Part shown: in pieces, positions 11,073-22,044 of the stretch | Position numbering within the stretch: position 1 is the stretch's first letter | Layout: every line of letters begins with the position of its first letter | From: Promethearchaeota archaeon | GTDB taxonomy: Archaea > Asgardarchaeota > Lokiarchaeia > Sigyniarchaeales > SOKP01 | Reading direction: 5' to 3' | Length of the DNA: 64,000 bases | Assembly: GCA_048938025.1 (NCBI GenBank) | Contig: JBHLMP010000008.1 | Span: 24,525-88,524, forward strand | The notes under the pieces: generated by a model | What the model was told of the DNA's origin: nothing | The model's database searches: none | Seen by the model: the letters and a program-made list of their open reading frames with translations, nothing else | Position numbers and translations under genes: made by a program

Positions 11073-11742
11073 CTATAATTCAAGAGTTACTTTTTTTTCT
11101 TTTAAATTTTCATTTGAAAAATCAAGTTCTTTTTTATTTTTGGTATAACTGGCAGTTCCAAGCTTTTCAAGTTTTTTAAATGACTTGTCATTTCTAGGAG
11201 CCATTCTGGCTAAATTAACTGCTTCCATAAGTCTCTCGTAGATTTCGCCTTGGTAACCCATAAAATTAGCAAAAGAGACCGAAAATTGTAAGACAAGAAA
11301 AACGAGGAAGGATTTCCTTCCTCCTAATTCTCTTTTTAAATAGAGAAAAATAGTGATCAAACTATTACCCTTTGTTTCTCTCCTGACTATTTAAAGAGCA
11401 CTTTTATTTTTGTGGTTTGTTAAGCATCTTGAAGGCAAATCCCTTTTTTCCCATTCATAACTGTTTTGAGGCTGAAGAGTAATAATCTTAATTAGAATGG
11501 CATCTGCCTTATCATACTCCTCATTATCGGCATATACTTGAGCTTGCTTAAAAAGAGTGGTAATACTCTCCGTAGTTTTTTCTAGCAATCTATTATCTCC
11601 GTGATTTGTAAGTCTTTACTCTTGTTTTCAGCAAATTTGTTCGAATTTTCGTTACCACTTTACTTTTTCTTATTTTCTCTTTTATTTGTTCTTCACGCCA
11701 TTGCCAAGGGATTTCATATTCATAACGTTTGCTTTCGGTCAT
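11073..11742 (-). pseudogene. Fragmented gene(s) including a TPR-like remnant
   Basis: Short co-oriented ORFs in different frames; 11391-11588 holds one TPR-like repeat (LFKQAQVY...YDKA...LQPQN). Confidence 0.4.
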
Positions 11743-11833
11743 ATTTTATCAATTCTCAAAATTTAATTAAAATCATTAATATCGTTGGTTCAAAATATTA
11801 AAAAAAAAAGAAAATATGAATAATTCTCATATT

Positions 11834-12976
11834 TTACTTAAGACGTTTTTCAAATACGACATGCCTCCTGATTGGTTTGCAGTGCGGAAATATTGAGTTT
11901 ATTGCTCTCTCGTTGTTGACGCCCTTCGAATTTTTAGTCCAGATTGCAGTCCCTTCATAATACGTTAGACCACGCATAGATCTATTGGTTGCTTGTCCAA
12001 AATTGTTTAATGAAGAAAATACTCCCATTCCATTATATCCTTTTCGTACCATAGCAGTATGAACATTTACACGTGATATATAAGTCCCGCTCCAGTACTG
12101 ATAGTGATCAAGTACTCCTATTAACATTCCAACAAGTCTATTTGTCTTTCTTTCGAGAACCATAGGAAACACCGTGATCATATTTTCTAAGTCTGCTTCC
12201 TGCCATGCTTCAATGAATTCTGGAATATGTACATATCTTTCAAAAGGGTCATAACAGAATTTATGGTGAAAATAAGATTTAGGTATATTTGTAGCTAAGT
12301 GAATGAGTTCCAGTATATTTTTCCTTCCACCACCAGAAGTATCAGGAAGTAAAGTGCTAAAAGAATCACCAGCAAGTTCTACGATATCATCTACTTTTTG
12401 CATTAATTCATCTAACGTAAGGCAACATAATTTTAGATTCTGAGCTAAGGTATTACCTTTCTTCCATGATTTTTCCAATACCTCTACACAAGTATATTCT
12501 GATTCAACTTCATAGCCTAATGCAGGTAAAAACTTACATAAGCTAGATCGTGGATCATTGAATGCTACTCCATAAAGCAGTGGTTGGTCAAATCCTTCTG
12601 TCTGTAAACCATATCCCATGGCATTTTTAGGAAAATTAATTGGTCCTCGAATTCTTCTAACTTTATTTTCTCTTGCAAATGCTTCACACTTTAAAAGGAG
12701 ATTTCTACATACCTCTTTATTTTCAGCATATAACCATCCAAATGTTCCGCACTTTCTACTATAACTTTTATACTCGGGATTTATTTCAGAAAGCACAAAA
12801 CCACATGGTTCAACACTTCGATATGCTATAAAGGCTTTTATTTCATAAGTTATTTCAGAAAATTTTTCTGATACATAATCAAGTAAAGTATCGATAATGT
12901 ATGGCTTTATCTTTTCATTAGGGGAATAGAGCAATGTCATAAGAGTGTTCTTAATTTCTTTGATGTCTTCTGTCAC
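11834..12976 (-). CDS. Tandem GNAT-fold acyltransferase-like protein
   Basis: GTFGW, IRGPINF, MVRKGYNGMGV acetyl-CoA-loop-like motifs. Confidence 0.65.
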   Translation of the reverse strand: MTEDIKEIKNTLMTLLYSPNEKIKPYIIDTLLDYVSEKFSEITYEIKAFIAYRSVEPCGFVLSEINPEYKSYSRKCGTFGWLYAENKEVCRNLLLKCEAFARENKVRRIRGPINFPKNAMGYGLQTEGFDQPLLYGVAFNDPRSSLCKFLPALGYEVESEYTCVEVLEKSWKKGNTLAQNLKLCCLTLDELMQKVDDIVELAGDSFSTLLPDTSGGGRKNILELIHLATNIPKSYFHHKFCYDPFERYVHIPEFIEAWQEADLENMITVFPMVLERKTNRLVGMLIGVLDHYQYWSGTYISRVNVHTAMVRKGYNGMGVFSSLNNFGQATNRSMRGLTYYEGTAIWTKNSKGVNNERAINSIFPHCKPIRRHVVFEKRLK

Positions 12977-13162
12977 GTATATTTTTATGGCTTCTTTATT
13001 AATTTTTTGTAAGACTTGAACGATGTCTAGATCACCTTTTTTTTTAATTATACTCTTCCATATCTATTTAAAGGAAAAAGTAGAAGGAAGGCAATCGTCT
13101 ATCTTTTTCTTTATAAATATTCATTTGAATTTCATTGTAAAAATTAATAAAAATGCTAAGTT

Positions 13163-14329
13163 ATGATTGAAAAACAACATATTTGTAGAAAATGTATTTT
13201 ACCAGATGGATTTTTAGGTCTACAACTAAATTTGGATGGTGTATGCGACTTCTGTTCTGATCCTAATCATAAGGATATCAACTGGTCCCGCATTGTTATT
13301 GATAAAAAGAGAAGGGAAAATTATCTTTCTGATTGGAATACTGTTGTCGCTGAAATGAAAAATAATCACGAGAAAGTTAAGTATGATTGTGTGTTAGGGT
13401 ATTCTGGTGGAAAAGATTCTACAGCACTTTTAGATTATTTAGTGAGTGAACTTGGTCTCACAACTTTGGCAGTAACTACAGATACAGGCTTTATGACACC
13501 TATTGCGAAAGATAATATGAAAGAGACATTACAGCAAATCCATGTGGATCATATCTTAATTGAAGATGCCACAAGTACTTTTACTAAGCTCTATAAGTTT
13601 CACTTCCTAAATCATTTTTCCACTGAGATATTTTTAGCACGAAATATCTGTGATTACTGTTCTGATTTAATTCACAGTATTGTGGTAAAAGAAGCGATGA
13701 AATATGAGGTCCCTTACGTACTATTTGGATATTCTCCTGATCAAATCTTCAGATATTTCTACGAAATGCCACAAGAAGAAGTTATTCATCATTGGAAGCC
13801 AGAAATTCTTAACAAAGATCCCTTTGATGAAAGAGATAGGAGATGGTATTTAACAGAACAAGAGATAAATAGCGAAAAAATACCGAGAGTCTTGCTCCCT
13901 TATCATGTAATTCCATATAGGGAAGAAGATATTATAAACCTTGTCGAATCTAAAAACTACATTAAAAAAGGACAGGCTGATCCATTGTTAACCAATTGTA
14001 ATGTGGTGCATGCTGCAACCTTCTATGATTTTAATCGCTATGGTGGGATTCTTTATGCATACCAATATGCCGAATTAGTACGACAAGAACCAGAATCCAG
14101 AAAAAAGTGGCTACGAACCTTAAAAATCGTAGCTCCTTTAATTTTGGAAAATAAATTCAAAGAAAATGAGGTAACTCAATTCTTAGAGAAAATTGATGTT
14201 TCTCAAGAAGAATTGTTAGAACAGATTCATGCCCAATTAGAACAGGATCCGAACAGAGAACAAATTGAATTAAACAGGGACATGTTTCGAAAGAAAAGAA
14301 AAAAAACAATTAAACAAGCTATTTCTTAA
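13163..14329 (+). CDS. PP-loop ATPase, N-acetyl-sugar amidotransferase-like
   Basis: CRKCILP...GVCDFC N-terminus, YDCVLGYSGGKDS PP-loop, CDYC. Confidence 0.8.
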   Translation: MIEKQHICRKCILPDGFLGLQLNLDGVCDFCSDPNHKDINWSRIVIDKKRRENYLSDWNTVVAEMKNNHEKVKYDCVLGYSGGKDSTALLDYLVSELGLTTLAVTTDTGFMTPIAKDNMKETLQQIHVDHILIEDATSTFTKLYKFHFLNHFSTEIFLARNICDYCSDLIHSIVVKEAMKYEVPYVLFGYSPDQIFRYFYEMPQEEVIHHWKPEILNKDPFDERDRRWYLTEQEINSEKIPRVLLPYHVIPYREEDIINLVESKNYIKKGQADPLLTNCNVVHAATFYDFNRYGGILYAYQYAELVRQEPESRKKWLRTLKIVAPLILENKFKENEVTQFLEKIDVSQEELLEQIHAQLEQDPNREQIELNRDMFRKKRKKTIKQAIS

Positions 14330-14416
14330 CTTTTTTTTCCTATTTTTTCTTTTACAATTTTACATTTTAATTATATTATTAGTTCTATTTAAAAAGTTAA
14401 AAATATATAAAAATGC

Positions 14417-15229
14417 ATGGAACTATCAAAAAAAGGACGTTACAAATTATCACTTTTCATATGTCTCGTTTTAACCATTACTGGGATTATTATTTTATAT
14501 TACCTTAATTTTCCACTAATAATCCAAGCTTTTCAAGATTATGAAGGAGCATTGCAAGTCGTTTTGATTATATCCATCAGAATGATAATCCTTTCCATAA
14601 CTGCTTATTATTTATTTCATAAATGGTTTAAACAAGAAGCACAATATTTATCGGATATTCCATTCTTATTAGCTCTATTTTTTCTTATCCTTACCTTTGG
14701 AAAGGCAATTGATTTACTTTGGGATCTTTCATTCTATACATTCAATGACTCTGTTGTTTTATTGTTTCTAAAATTCCGTTTTTTCATAATTATTTTCGAA
14801 GTAGCACCGCTAATTTATCTCGGTCTCGAAATTATATTTTTTAGGTTAGAGGATCGTTTTCAAAAATTAAAAGATAAACAATATATGAATAAACTAAGAA
14901 TTACCTTAATATTAATTATTGTTAGTGTTGAGTCATTTGTAGTAATTATCGCTCCAAATAATACGACTATGGGTATGCTCCTACCTAGTATTGTCATCCC
15001 TTCATTAGTAGGAATTGTATATATTTTTTACTTAGCCTATAGATTAAACCGTCTTACAGTAGTAAAACCTGGTATTTTAACCCTTGGATTTCTTTTATAC
15101 TTGTTTTCTAGCATTTTTCGACCGCTCATGCAAAATATTTTAGGGGAAGAAGCAAGTTATATCATAATAACGGAATTAGTTGACATATTTATTTTTGTAA
15201 TAATTTTCTTTGGGTTATATAAGAAGTAA
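14417..15229 (+). CDS. Multi-pass membrane protein
   Basis: About 7-8 hydrophobic segments. Confidence 0.7.
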   Translation: MELSKKGRYKLSLFICLVLTITGIIILYYLNFPLIIQAFQDYEGALQVVLIISIRMIILSITAYYLFHKWFKQEAQYLSDIPFLLALFFLILTFGKAIDLLWDLSFYTFNDSVVLLFLKFRFFIIIFEVAPLIYLGLEIIFFRLEDRFQKLKDKQYMNKLRITLILIIVSVESFVVIIAPNNTTMGMLLPSIVIPSLVGIVYIFYLAYRLNRLTVVKPGILTLGFLLYLFSSIFRPLMQNILGEEASYIIITELVDIFIFVIIFFGLYKK

Positions 15230-15249
15230 AACCTTCTTTTTTCCTTTTT

Positions 15250-17202
15250 TTAATAAATTATACTCCAAAAAAATTGCGGAATTAATGAGATAAGGATTGT
15301 AAACAATAGAATCCACTCTATTATAGGTTGTATAAGGATACAATAGAGAAAAAATGTGAATAAGGGAGCAATTAAACCGAATGTCCAACATCGATTCTGG
15401 TTTGTCCCATGAAAAAACATGACGTATAGGCTAAATAATAAAATAGAAAGAATAAATCCACCAAAAGCGATTCCAGCAGAGGAACCATGGATAAGTCTCA
15501 TTGGTCCCGCTCTATCTAGACTAAAGATTCCCACAAAGATATATCCCACATTTCCCACTATACCAAAGATTAATCCAGATCTTGAAATTCCGTACCCAAT
15601 GCGAAATTTTCTTAAAGGGATTGAGTTTTGAGGGAGTATCTGTTTGAATAGTACTATATTAAGTAATAATGTGGTAATACCACCTAAAACACATGCGGAA
15701 TTAAAAAGGTACGGAATTGGTGTAAATTGTATTGAACCTAAGCAACTAATTTCATGAGTAATAATACTAAAATTCGAAGTACCATAAAGATAGGCAACAA
15801 AAATACTGCTCATTAACATTAATAAATAAGCACAAAGTCCTCCTATTAGGACAAGACAAATTACCTTTTGAGAGGCATAATTACCTTCGCTTGTAATGGT
15901 TAAGGATTCAAATCTTTTGTCTTCTAAGAAATACTGATAATTATTTTTTCTTTCTTTTATTTTTTTATTCGGCTTTGTGTCAATTCTAGTAAATAAATCC
16001 CATCCTTCTTGAATTAAATAAATTTCCTTACTAATATAACCCGAAAAATAGTTAAAAAGGATGAAATCTTCAAATACTCCTAATTCTTTATTATACTTCC
16101 AGCTTGGAATATATCCTCTGGGAGAAAATCCAGCTTTTTGAAAGATCTTTTGATGTTCAGGAATATACCCTGATAGAAATACTTCACAATATCGTACATT
16201 AAGTTCATTTTTACATTTCATCAACTCTTGTACAAACACATATAAATCTTCCAAACTATTAACTTGATATTCTATTTTCTCAAAATTTTGGACATTAGGA
16301 GTATATAAGAACTTAAAAAAAGAAGAAGCTCCTTCAAAAGAGAATCGAATTGTTTCATATCCAAATTTATTTTTTTTGGAGTTTTTGATAAGTCTGTTCT
16401 TCAGATTAATTACTTTTTTAAAATTTAATTCTATGCTAGGATTTACAATTTTAAAATCTCCTAACTCATATCGCTTATCAGAATATAAAAAACAGCTTTG
16501 CACTTCAGATAAGATCTGAGGTATTTCTTTACTTCTATAAAGCCGTAAAACTCTTTCATCATATAAAATTTGCATCACATCAGATTCTACTTTACCTAAG
16601 AAAACATCTTTATTGGGATAGAACCCAATTGGAGCAATTCCACACACCCTCATGGAGTATTGTGATTTTGCATGAGCTGTACGATTTTCTACATACCAAA
16701 TGTAAATTTCATTTTTGTATTTATGGCACATTCCTATCATGGAGCCAATCATCGCTTTAGTTATATCAATATGACCTTGATACTGTTTTCTTAACATAAA
16801 GCCTCGAATATATCCTCTCTTATTCTCAAAATCTAAAACAAAAGTAATACATCCTGCTACGTTAAATGAAGGATCTTGGTAGATAATCCATTGAATAGTT
16901 GGATCTTGTATCATTTTTTTCACTTCATCCTCATCTTCCATCTCTTTATAAGGATAGGTACCATCATACAATTCCTTGTAGATTTCTACGATTTCTGCTG
17001 CATCTTCAGGACAGGCAAGTCTTAAGATGGGATTAATTTTATGAGTATGGTTTCTATCAGAAATTTTAAAATCAAGATACATCCCATTATGGATATTGGG
17101 ATCAATTATATCCTCAAATGGTCTCAAAAACTCATCAGTAGAGACGCAAAATAATTCATTTAACGAGATTCTAGGAATCGATACTGTTTCTTCGGAAAGC
17201 AT
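15250..17202 (-). CDS. GNAT-domain protein fused to a DUF998-like membrane domain
   Basis: LRLACPEDA, QYQG GNAT motifs; C-terminal TMs with ISCLG and H..SA motif. Confidence 0.65.
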   Translation of the reverse strand: MLSEETVSIPRISLNELFCVSTDEFLRPFEDIIDPNIHNGMYLDFKISDRNHTHKINPILRLACPEDAAEIVEIYKELYDGTYPYKEMEDEDEVKKMIQDPTIQWIIYQDPSFNVAGCITFVLDFENKRGYIRGFMLRKQYQGHIDITKAMIGSMIGMCHKYKNEIYIWYVENRTAHAKSQYSMRVCGIAPIGFYPNKDVFLGKVESDVMQILYDERVLRLYRSKEIPQILSEVQSCFLYSDKRYELGDFKIVNPSIELNFKKVINLKNRLIKNSKKNKFGYETIRFSFEGASSFFKFLYTPNVQNFEKIEYQVNSLEDLYVFVQELMKCKNELNVRYCEVFLSGYIPEHQKIFQKAGFSPRGYIPSWKYNKELGVFEDFILFNYFSGYISKEIYLIQEGWDLFTRIDTKPNKKIKERKNNYQYFLEDKRFESLTITSEGNYASQKVICLVLIGGLCAYLLMLMSSIFVAYLYGTSNFSIITHEISCLGSIQFTPIPYLFNSACVLGGITTLLLNIVLFKQILPQNSIPLRKFRIGYGISRSGLIFGIVGNVGYIFVGIFSLDRAGPMRLIHGSSAGIAFGGFILSILLFSLYVMFFHGTNQNRCWTFGLIAPLFTFFLYCILIQPIIEWILLFTILISLIPQFFWSIIY

Positions 17203-17258
17203 TTTAAAATGATTTTTTTTGTATGTATTTGAAAATTAAGATCTACCTCATGTTAGTA

Positions 17259-17273
17259 TATTTAAATAAAAAA
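17259..17273 (-). promoter_or_regulatory. Island promoter motif variant TTTTTTATTTAAATA
   Basis: 14/15 match, about 56 bp upstream of the start at 17202. Confidence 0.55.
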
Positions 17274-17350
17274 GAGGAATATCAAGGTTTCATTTTTCCT
17301 TTATATAGAGTAAGAACTGAGGTCTGTTTGTACAAAAAGGTAAATTTCTT

Positions 17351-18229
17351 TTAATTAACGGTATTATACTCTTTATTATTTTTACTTTCTCGTATAATGA
17401 ATTTTCCATTATAGAAGTAAGAGGTAAGGCGGTTATTAAAAACCCAATCTTTTCCAAACTCATCCCTAAAATCCCGAAACAAATCATTGGTAAGAAATTT
17501 ACAATTTTCTCTTCTTGCAACTTCTAAAATCCATTCATCTGCTTTCGTGCCCGCCGGAGATTGGTTTAAGATTCCTTTCTCCTCGAGAGCATCATAGTGA
17601 TCATAAGAGTTCAAATGATGTCTCATACTTGCATCGGCAATCATATAGGGTTCATAACCAAGTTCTACTACTGCATTATAGACTTTTAAAATATTTTCGA
17701 TTTTTAGCTTTTCATTTTCATCTTTATCCAAATTCAGAATATTAGTAATATCTACCACCAACTTCTTTTTTATTTCTTTAGAACATTGACTTTGATTTTG
17801 ATTTTCGAAATGATCTTTCTGGATTAGCTGTGAGACCTCTAAAATTTCCTTGATATTATCTAAATTTTCAGGACTTTTTTTCTCTTTTAGATTTTTATAA
17901 ATGATCATCAGCCTTTTTGCGATAATTTTTAAGAGTTCCTCTCTTTCTTTTATTTGCTCTACTAAACTTCCATCTCTTTCAGATTGCAAAGATTCATTAC
18001 TGAAATTACTATTAATCGATTCCTTGACATAGAAGGGAAAAAATTCGAGGAGTTCTTCCATAATGCGAATTCGATTTCTAAAAATATGATTGCGTAAATC
18101 TTTTGGGGATATTATTTTCAAGGAGACTTGATTTATTTTCTGTTTTAAAATATTCAACTCTTTCTCGCTAAAGAAGATTTTTTCCAATAATGCATTAAAA
18201 ATATGTTCTTGCGATTCTGGTACACTCAT
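17351..18229 (-). CDS. NYN/PIN-fold (Zc3h12a-like) ribonuclease with N-terminal helical region
   Basis: LVVDITNI, ADAS, ADEWIL, TNDLFRD motifs; likely start MSVPES at 18229. Confidence 0.8.
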   Translation of the reverse strand: MSVPESQEHIFNALLEKIFFSEKELNILKQKINQVSLKIISPKDLRNHIFRNRIRIMEELLEFFPFYVKESINSNFSNESLQSERDGSLVEQIKEREELLKIIAKRLMIIYKNLKEKKSPENLDNIKEILEVSQLIQKDHFENQNQSQCSKEIKKKLVVDITNILNLDKDENEKLKIENILKVYNAVVELGYEPYMIADASMRHHLNSYDHYDALEEKGILNQSPAGTKADEWILEVARRENCKFLTNDLFRDFRDEFGKDWVFNNRLTSYFYNGKFIIRESKNNKEYNTVN

Positions 18230-18242
18230 AAGTTTGCCCACT

Positions 18243-21200
18243 TTATGCTTTATTAATATATAATTGAATTTTTTCAAAAAATTGAGAATAATAGGTATAC
18301 ATTTCGATTACTAATTCCTTGAGATTCTCTTCGTCAAAATTAATGATTTGGTATTGTTCTAAATAATCATGTAATTCCTCTTGAGTAAAGAGAATATCGG
18401 GATTTTTGGATATTTCTGTAATAAACTTCTCTAAATCTTTGGTAGTAACTATGTAATCAGCGTTGTAGAAATGCTTATAAACACTCATAAGGAATTTTTT
18501 AATTAAATTATGCAGTATTTTTAATGCATTTTGATACTCCTTATGATTGATAAAAGAGTGTGCCTTGAAAATTGTCCAATAAAGATCACTAAATTCGCGA
18601 GCAAAAGCCTCTTTTAGATTCCTTTTTTTAATAATATAGGTTCGATCTTGGTTTTGTAGCATCTTCTTATAATCGAACGGTTCTTGAGACTCCTTTTCTA
18701 AAACATCTACAGAGATTTCCAGCTCAGCTTTTATTTGGTAGTAATCCTCAATTGCTTTATCAAGCTGATCCCCTACAGAATAAGAGGTTCTTATTGCTTC
18801 TGAACCACCTGCTTTTTTAGGATGATTCTCAACTAAATACCTGTGCCTCACTAAGATCCCAAACAATTGTTCCACTAACTTAACTATCTCTGGATTGGTA
18901 TATTGTCGTTTTTTTGCCTTGGGAGCAATATATTGTTTTAGCTCCTCCTTGATCTTTTTCTTATATAAATTGCCTATTTGGTCAACGGTTTTTAAATGCT
19001 CTAAAAATTGTTGAATTTCATCAAGATATAAGACATAGCTCCCTAAATCCTTTTCAAATATCGTTTGTTTTGTTTGTTGTAATATCTGTTGTTCTGTCGA
19101 TTTTAAGTCATATCCTTGCCCTTTCATAAAGTGAATGATTTCTTCTGTCTTTAATAAATTTATAACTTTTAGATTAGACCATGTTAACTTTGCCGGAAAA
19201 GGCTGATAAATGTCACTTCGCTTAACAATTACTTCATCATCTTTTAAATTCATTAAATAATCGATTTGATAGGTATTGTTACGGGAAGAAGTATAATACC
19301 CTCTTCCTACTAATTCCTGTAAATTCATTTGATTCTTTAATACCCCAATATCCTTGGAGTCTGTAGCTCTAAAGGTAAGATGATTAGTTAAACATTTGAA
19401 TAAGTTAGGATGAAGGTAGTGGATTTGGTTAGCAGAAAAGATTAAGCCAAACTTATTTTGAAGTAGAGGATCTAAAAAGGTATTGATTATTCCATAGTTT
19501 ATTTTTTGCTCAATATGATTATTATCAAAAAAGAGGTCGATGTGCGGAATAACTAATATTTTTGGTATAAACTCACGCGAATTCTTTATGTAATGTAAAA
19601 ATTTAGAAACAATGATAAATGTAAAGAAGAGCTGCTTTCTAAAGTCATTAGAGATAGACAAATCAAGAATTATGGTTTTCTCATTAGTTATGAACTTAAG
19701 GGGGGAAATAGTACAATTAGAACCTTTATGAGAAGAGAAGAAAAGGGTAAGATCTTCCTGAGAAAAATCACTAAATAAGCTGGTTAAAGTATAGTTCATT
19801 GGTCTTTTCTCCCATTCTCTCTGATTAAGGAGTTCTAAGCTTAAAGAGGGAAGGTCCATGTCTGGGTGTTTCTGAATATTAGTACGAAATATGTCTACGG
19901 TTCTTTCATCTTTCTTAAACGCTAAGGCATAGGAATCATACATATATTCCAGATACTGTATATTATTTGGATCATAAGGGATATCTGATTGAAGGGGATC
20001 TAAGGTAAATGCGCTTCCTAGCTTAAAATATAAGAGATCGTTCTCAAATCGTGAATCTTTAAAGTAAGCAATTAATTTTGACCAAGTACCATTAAAATCA
20101 AAAATTATGGAAGGGACATTAACTTTCACCAACTCTGAGACAATTTTCATACATGCTAGGTCTCTACTTTTTAGTGTACCATTGGTAATGAGAAGATTTT
20201 TTAATTGATCTAATAGTAATCCAAAAGGTATTTCTTCTTCAAGTACCTCAGTATTAACAGTATGCCCAATCGTGATAAAATTCGGTAGATGAAGGGGGGT
20301 GTTAAACTCGGCAGCAATTCGAGTCTCAACTCCTTTTTTAAGAATATCCACTATTCTTGTAAGGTTTATCAAGATTTTCCCTTGAAATAGGATATAATTT
20401 AAATGAGTGCCATTTAGTCGAGTAAATTTATTTTTAATAGTCTCACATAAATATCCCGAAACAAGTTTTCGTTTCTGAAGCTCGACCAGTTTATAATTTA
20501 AGAAATTCATGTGGAAAGCATTTTTCACTAGGTTTATGTCGGATCGTAATTTTTCTTCCAGTTTCATTATATGCTCTACTTTAACTGAATTAACTAACTT
20601 GTTGCTTGAGGTTGATAGAAGTAAGATGGTTCTCCACATTCCAGAGCATCTATTTAACCAATTGAGTTCATCTTGAGTGGTCTTTAAGCCATGCTCTTCT
20701 TTATATAATAACTTATCAATTACATCTTCTTTTAAGTATTTGAAACCTTCTTTATAGAATCTATAGAATGAGATAGGAGTATTTATGGCAGTAAATGTAA
20801 AGGGAATCTTTTGGCTCATTAATGCTTGGTAAAATTTATCTGCACTTCCATAGGCAGGGGGAGAGGCATAATGAAGGTTAAGCAGTTTGCGATTTATAAG
20901 AATTCTATTATCAACAAGAAGAAAAATACTATCAGGGATTTTTCTAAAACAAAAAAAATCAATATCCTTAAAGGGATAAATAAGACTTATCTCTTCATTA
21001 TTCAGTAGTTGTTTTTTCGATACTTGAAATAAGAGTTCCCTCCACCATAGAATACAAATTATCCCAATTAGAGACGTATTGAAAAACAGGACAAATCCAA
21101 AACCAAAATTATTGACTAATAAAAGATAATCACAAGTTACCATTAAAAGACTACAAAATAAGAGTTTAGCAATTAAAAAGGATCGATGATTATTAAAAAA

Positions 21201-22043
21201 ATAAAAGTCTGTATCAATCTCTGATTTATAAGTTCCATTATCCCTAATAAAGTGAGTTCTCAATGCGTTGAGTAATCGTGTTCCTGAAAGAAGTGCGATC
21301 CTATAATGATGAAAGTTACATATAAAATCTGATTTTAATTTGGATGTGATTTGATCTAACTTGTATTTTAAAAGCTCCCTTTTACTCTCTCGCAAAATAC
21401 CTTTTATCATATAATAAACACTAAAATAAATGAACGTCTCAATCGATTCTTGAGAACCGACTGCAATATCTCTTGATATTGAGCGCTTAATATAGTATGG
21501 ATTTTGAACTACCTGATAAGAATAAGGAGTTAGACTACTCCCCTCACTTAGTGATCGAATGAAAGTATCGATTGCCGCATGAACATTTTCCGGTAAAACT
21601 TCGATTTTGAATAATCGTAAACCGATATGCGTTAAATCTTGTTTATTCGAAAGATATACTATCGTTGGATTGTCTTTTTCTTGCCAAAAGATCATTTTTT
21701 CGAACGGATTAAAGGACCTAAACTTACCGAATGTATAGGAAAAAAGGGAACTTAGACTAAAAAATTGGTCTTGAAATGTTATGAAAAATAGGATAAGTAT
21801 TATTATTCCTACTCCCGTACTTATCGTAAGATTGGATGTAGCCATATAAATAGAAGAAATAATGAATACTAATAAGGAGACAATAAAAATCGATTTCAGG
21901 ATCGCAGTACTATTTTTAATATCTTTAAAAGAGGGATTTACTTTCCATATGAAATAATTTGCATCATCAGAACCCTCCACTTCTTCAGATTTAGATTTAC
22001 TGTCTTTTGCTTTTAATTTAGAATCGTGAGATTTTGATAACAC
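18243..22043 (-). CDS. Membrane-bound HerA/VirB4-fold protein with degenerate Walker motifs
   Basis: Two TM hairpins, then IGH...LLITNGTLKSRD...IIFDFNG, IILDLS, LVIPHID, GLIFSANQ, L.DDEVIV; likely GTG start at 22043 after GAGGTGA. Confidence 0.7.
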   Translation of the reverse strand: MLSKSHDSKLKAKDSKSKSEEVEGSDDANYFIWKVNPSFKDIKNSTAILKSIFIVSLLVFIISSIYMATSNLTISTGVGIIILILFFITFQDQFFSLSSLFSYTFGKFRSFNPFEKMIFWQEKDNPTIVYLSNKQDLTHIGLRLFKIEVLPENVHAAIDTFIRSLSEGSSLTPYSYQVVQNPYYIKRSISRDIAVGSQESIETFIYFSVYYMIKGILRESKRELLKYKLDQITSKLKSDFICNFHHYRIALLSGTRLLNALRTHFIRDNGTYKSEIDTDFYFFNNHRSFLIAKLLFCSLLMVTCDYLLLVNNFGFGFVLFFNTSLIGIICILWWRELLFQVSKKQLLNNEEISLIYPFKDIDFFCFRKIPDSIFLLVDNRILINRKLLNLHYASPPAYGSADKFYQALMSQKIPFTFTAINTPISFYRFYKEGFKYLKEDVIDKLLYKEEHGLKTTQDELNWLNRCSGMWRTILLLSTSSNKLVNSVKVEHIMKLEEKLRSDINLVKNAFHMNFLNYKLVELQKRKLVSGYLCETIKNKFTRLNGTHLNYILFQGKILINLTRIVDILKKGVETRIAAEFNTPLHLPNFITIGHTVNTEVLEEEIPFGLLLDQLKNLLITNGTLKSRDLACMKIVSELVKVNVPSIIFDFNGTWSKLIAYFKDSRFENDLLYFKLGSAFTLDPLQSDIPYDPNNIQYLEYMYDSYALAFKKDERTVDIFRTNIQKHPDMDLPSLSLELLNQREWEKRPMNYTLTSLFSDFSQEDLTLFFSSHKGSNCTISPLKFITNEKTIILDLSISNDFRKQLFFTFIIVSKFLHYIKNSREFIPKILVIPHIDLFFDNNHIEQKINYGIINTFLDPLLQNKFGLIFSANQIHYLHPNLFKCLTNHLTFRATDSKDIGVLKNQMNLQELVGRGYYTSSRNNTYQIDYLMNLKDDEVIVKRSDIYQPFPAKLTWSNLKVINLLKTEEIIHFMKGQGYDLKSTEQQILQQTKQTIFEKDLGSYVLYLDEIQQFLEHLKTVDQIGNLYKKKIKEELKQYIAPKAKKRQYTNPEIVKLVEQLFGILVRHRYLVENHPKKAGGSEAIRTSYSVGDQLDKAIEDYYQIKAELEISVDVLEKESQEPFDYKKMLQNQDRTYIIKKRNLKEAFAREFSDLYWTIFKAHSFINHKEYQNALKILHNLIKKFLMSVYKHFYNADYIVTTKDLEKFITEISKNPDILFTQEELHDYLEQYQIINFDEENLKELVIEMYTYYSQFFEKIQLYINKA

Positions 22044-22044
22044 C

